NCBI GenBank assembly: GCA_013265495.1
Contig: MU061578.1
Coordinates: forward strand, 3,855,308-3,919,307
Direction of reading: 5' to 3'
DNA from: Vicugna vicugna
Lineage: Eukaryota
Length of the DNA: 64,000 bases
The position numbers were made by a program, and so were the translations under genes. The notes under the pieces are model-generated. The model was given only the letters and a program-made list of their open reading frames with translations. It did no database searches and was not told the origin of the DNA. Positions within the stretch are counted from its first letter, which is position 1. Each line of letters begins with the position of its first letter. Below, piece by piece: positions 60,278 to 64,000 of this stretch.

Positions 60278-63200
60278 CTGGGGGAGGGGACAAGCTGCAG
60301 AGGCACGGGGGCAGCAACCGTGTGCTGTGGTGTTGCCAAGATAGGAACCAACATGTTGGACCCCAGGCATCGACACACAGTGTGAACTACACATTGAGCC
60401 CTTGGTGTCTTAACATAAGGCTGCAGTAAGCAGGGAGGATAATGTGCAGATGAATAAAATCACAGCCCAGTAAGAGACCCACACATACATGATCAGTTGC
60501 TTTCCAAACAGAGAGAGGACGGCCTTAACACACGTTTCTGGAACAGCTGTGTAATCTGTACGGGAAAAGACACAAGCCTCAGTGCTTACCCCATGACATA
60601 CAAAAATCAGTTCAGAGTGGATCCTAGACTTAAATGTAGACATTAAACCTATAAGACCCTAGGAGAAACCACAGAAGAACCTCTTGCCAGCCTGGGGAAA
60701 GGCAGAGGGGACTCAAAAAGCACTAATGGACACAGGAGAAAGGTGGTAACTAGAGCTTGGCCAAAATTTAAAAGCTACACTTTGAGTGACACTTTGAAGG
60801 AAACGAAAGCTTTATCCATCAAGTGGAGAGGAATATACACAATACATATAACTGCTAAAGGACTTGTGCCCACATGTAGAAGGGGGGAGGGAGGGAGAAA
60901 GGAACCCCTACAACTGCCTGGGATGACAGCCAAGGTGATTAAAAAGGGCAGCAGCTGGTGCAGACCCTCCACCTGGTGAACAGCCACCAAGAAGTACATG
61001 AGAAGAGGCACCTGCTCACTCATGAGGAAGGTGCAGATTAAAGGGAGACACTGCCACACCCACCATGAAACACCGGACGGTCTCGGCTCTGCCCACACCC
61101 TCCTCTCCTCCCCAACCTCTGAGCCGAGCTGGTGGTTTCAATGCAGAGAACTATAGATGTGGGCTGTGCGAGCCCGTGTGTGCTCACGTGTGTGCTTTTG
61201 GGTGTGCACGTGTGTGCATGCGACTGTGGCTATACATGTGTGCTTGTGTGTGAGCCCACATGTGATTGTGCACACGTGTGTGCGTGTGAGCTCACGTGTG
61301 AGCCCATGTGTGCGTACATGTGTGTGTACACACATTCTCCAGCTCTGTCCCAGGAAAACCCCCAGAGTCTCAGCATCACCCATCACCGGGTCGTGATTTC
61401 TTAATATCACCAGCCCCTGAAGACCTGGGCTGGAGGGGATTGGAGCAATGAATCCTCTTGTGCAGGGAAACAGTCAAAGCAAGCTGAGCCCTCCAGAAAA
61501 AAAAACTTAAACGGCATAGTTCATGGCAGCTTTAGTGATATGGGCCCCAACAGGATACAGCCAGAAGTTCATCATCCGGTGAGGGATGAACCCCCTCAGG
61601 TGCAGCCCTGCAACCGGACCCGAGTGCAGGCGGTGGCAGGATAACCCACAGAGTCAAGTACGTGGGACATCACCTCCCTGGGGGCACATTGGTGCCTGGT
61701 CACTGCACATGGCACACACTGTTGATGAAGTCAGTCCCCACAGGGCGCAGGGAGTGGTTCCCACATTGCCGTCCAGTGACTGCCGTGGGAGCCGGGCTTC
61801 TCGCTGTTGGGCGGGAGGTTCCAGGTCAGCAGAGGCGGAGCATGGAGGGACCCCTGTGCTGATGGTGGAGACCGGAGTCTGAGGTCCTGTTTAGCCTCAT
61901 GTAGACACAGATGGATGCACAAAAAGACATCACGGATACGCGTATACACAGCAGTTAGTACACACAACACGTCCTCGCGCTGTCAGCCGAGGGTGCCTCG
62001 GGTCGATGACAACCCAAGAGCAGCGAGCCCACCCCGTGCCTGGATTGGGGCCTCTAAGTCCTTCTCCAGTAAAAGGACCGAGTCTCCTTGGAGAAATGAT
62101 TGTGGGGCTGATTCTGGGACTGAGGCAGGAAATACACATTGATGAGCCTGGAGTCTGAGACTCTGTCCCAGCCCAGAGGAGCCCAGGGAGACAAGATAGT
62201 TAAATGCCATGAGGGACCTGGACGGGGGCCTGGGACAGAAAGAGGACACTAGGAGGAAAGTAAGGAAGTGTGAGTAAACTGTGTAGTGTAGTTAATATAA
62301 TGCATCATAGTCGTTCATAATTGACTGACCCCTACCAATGTAAACTGTAAGTAAGAGAGGAGCTTGGGTGTGGAGTATATGGGTATGTCTATACTGCCTT
62401 TGCAATTTGTCTATAAACTTAGACCTATTTTGAAAAATAATGTTAAAAAAATGAAATACAGTTTGAGGCCCAGACTGAGCCCAGTGGAGATAACTCAGGC
62501 CCCCCGTAGATGGAGTCTCTCTGTCAACCCACCCTCCCCAATGTCCCTGTGCACCCACCTGCCCCTAGGTCCCGTGGTCTCCACCACAGCACCAGTTGCT
62601 CAGCCTGGGGCCGTCCATTCCTAACTGTCCTCTGTCCTGTCAGAGCCTGATGACTGAGCTGATTAGGGTCCCTGGGAGGGGCTGGGAGTTTGCTGTGCTT
62701 GCTTCCCACCCCAGCTCCCTGCCCAAATCCTAAGCCCAGGCTTGGGGGGGTCCCCTCAGAGACCCGTTAGGTCAGTGCCACCCTCTTAGGTGGGGGGAGA
62801 CTGAGACACAGCGGTGGGGGTGGGGGTGCCTGGAACCCTACTAGGATGTGGCTTCTGGGAGGGGCCCAGATTTGTCTCCTTCCAGCCAGCACCTTGGCCT
62901 GGAGATGCGGCTCAATAGTGCATGTTCCACATTTGATCTGATGACAAAAATGTATGACAGGGCACCACCTCTGTGGGCGGGGTCTGCACTGATCCCGTGA
63001 AGCCTGCATACCTGGGAAGGTGGCCTCCAGGGAGACCTTCCCTGGTCAGCCAGACCTGAAGGGGGAGACTGGGTCACTGCCCAGCCACCTGTACTGCCTC
63101 AGTTCACATCCAGCGCTGGGGATCCCTTTCCCGACCTGCACCCCATTACACACGTGGGGACAGAAGGATGGCCCCTCAACAATGTCCTCATCCTAACCCC

Positions 63201-63559
63201 CAAAACTGAGATGGCACCCACTGACAGGGCTTTGCAGATGTGCTAAGGTCCCTGGCCTGGAGATGGGAGGTTATCCTGGATTAGTTGATAGGCCCAACAA
63301 CATCTCAAGTTCTTAAAAGTCACAGAATCTTTCCTAGCTGAGGTCAGAAGGAGCCGTGAAGACAGAAGCAGAGTTACAGAGATGTAAGTGTGGCTTCGAT
63401 GATGGAGGAGGGGCCAGGAGCCCAGGGAGGCAGTGCCTCTAGAAGCTGAGAAAGTCAGGATACAGATTCTTCCCTGGAACTTCCAGGAGGAACAGAGCTT
63501 CCCAATACTCGATTTTAGTGCCACAAGAAAGGAGAACAAAAAGACCCCCCACAAAACAC

Positions 63560-64000
63560 ACACACAAAAAATCTACAAAACAAACCCCAAACAATTAACA
63601 AAATGGCAACAAGAGCATACATATCGATAACTGCCTTAAATGTAAATGGATTAAATGCTCCAACCAAAAGACATAGACTGGCTGAATGGTTTGAAAAACA
63701 AGATCCATATACACGCTGTCTACAAGAGACCCACTTCAGAGCTACAGACACATGAGGCTGAAAGTGAGGGGATGGGAAAAATATTCCACACAAATGGAAA
63801 CCGAAAGAAAGCTGGAATAGTAATACTTATATAAGACAAAGGAGATCTTAAAATGAAGACTGTTACAAGAGACAAAGAAGAACACTACATGATGGTCAAG
63901 GGATCAATCAAGAAAGAAGATATAACAATTATAAATACATATGCACCCAACATGGGAGCACCTCAATATATAAAGCAATTGTTAACAGACATAAAAGGAG
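63560..64000 (+). mobile_element. LINE-1 ORF2 endonuclease region, truncated at the same point as the L1 ending at ~41420
   Basis: aaaatggcaacaagagcatac...ttaaatgtaaatggattaaatgctccaacc. Confidence 0.9.

Larger units (their letters stand above)
56463..64000 (-). repeat. Large inverted repeat, arm B (runs off the window end)
   Basis: Reverse complement of ~40985-48767. Confidence 0.97.

Overview
Mammalian genomic DNA, GC-rich; the tryptase sequence and LINE-1 3' ends suggest a cetartiodactyl, possibly a camelid (inference). Positions 1-30.8 kb hold the + strand T-type Ca2+ channel gene CACNA1H (Cav3.2) from the end of intron 2 through exons 3-35 (human numbering) to the polyA signal. It carries a near-perfect REST/RE1 site (553-573), a U12-type AT-AC 3' splice site (5178-5196) and an 18-nt alternative microexon followed by an RBFOX motif cluster. 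Positions 30.8-64 kb hold a rearranged mast-cell tryptase cluster. A ~5.9 kb unit (CACNA1H tail + 3'UTR, a decayed gamma-tryptase/TPSG1-like remnant, and a beta-like tryptase gene on the - strand) occurs twice as a direct repeat (29834-35753 and 49990-55874). The second copy lies between the arms of a >=7.5 kb inverted repeat (~40985-48767 and 56463-64000+), whose inner ~4.5 kb appears essentially identical. As assembled, each tryptase gene has a different 1-nt deletion in exon 3, ~25 nt apart in the alignment, so the two lesions are complementary. Four decayed TPSG1-like remnants are present, none shown by the ORF track. LINE-1, MaLR-LTR and MIR relics fill the rest. Most ORF-track ORFs are chance ORFs of GC-rich DNA. 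Comparisons with human proteins and exon sizes are from memory and need confirming by alignment.
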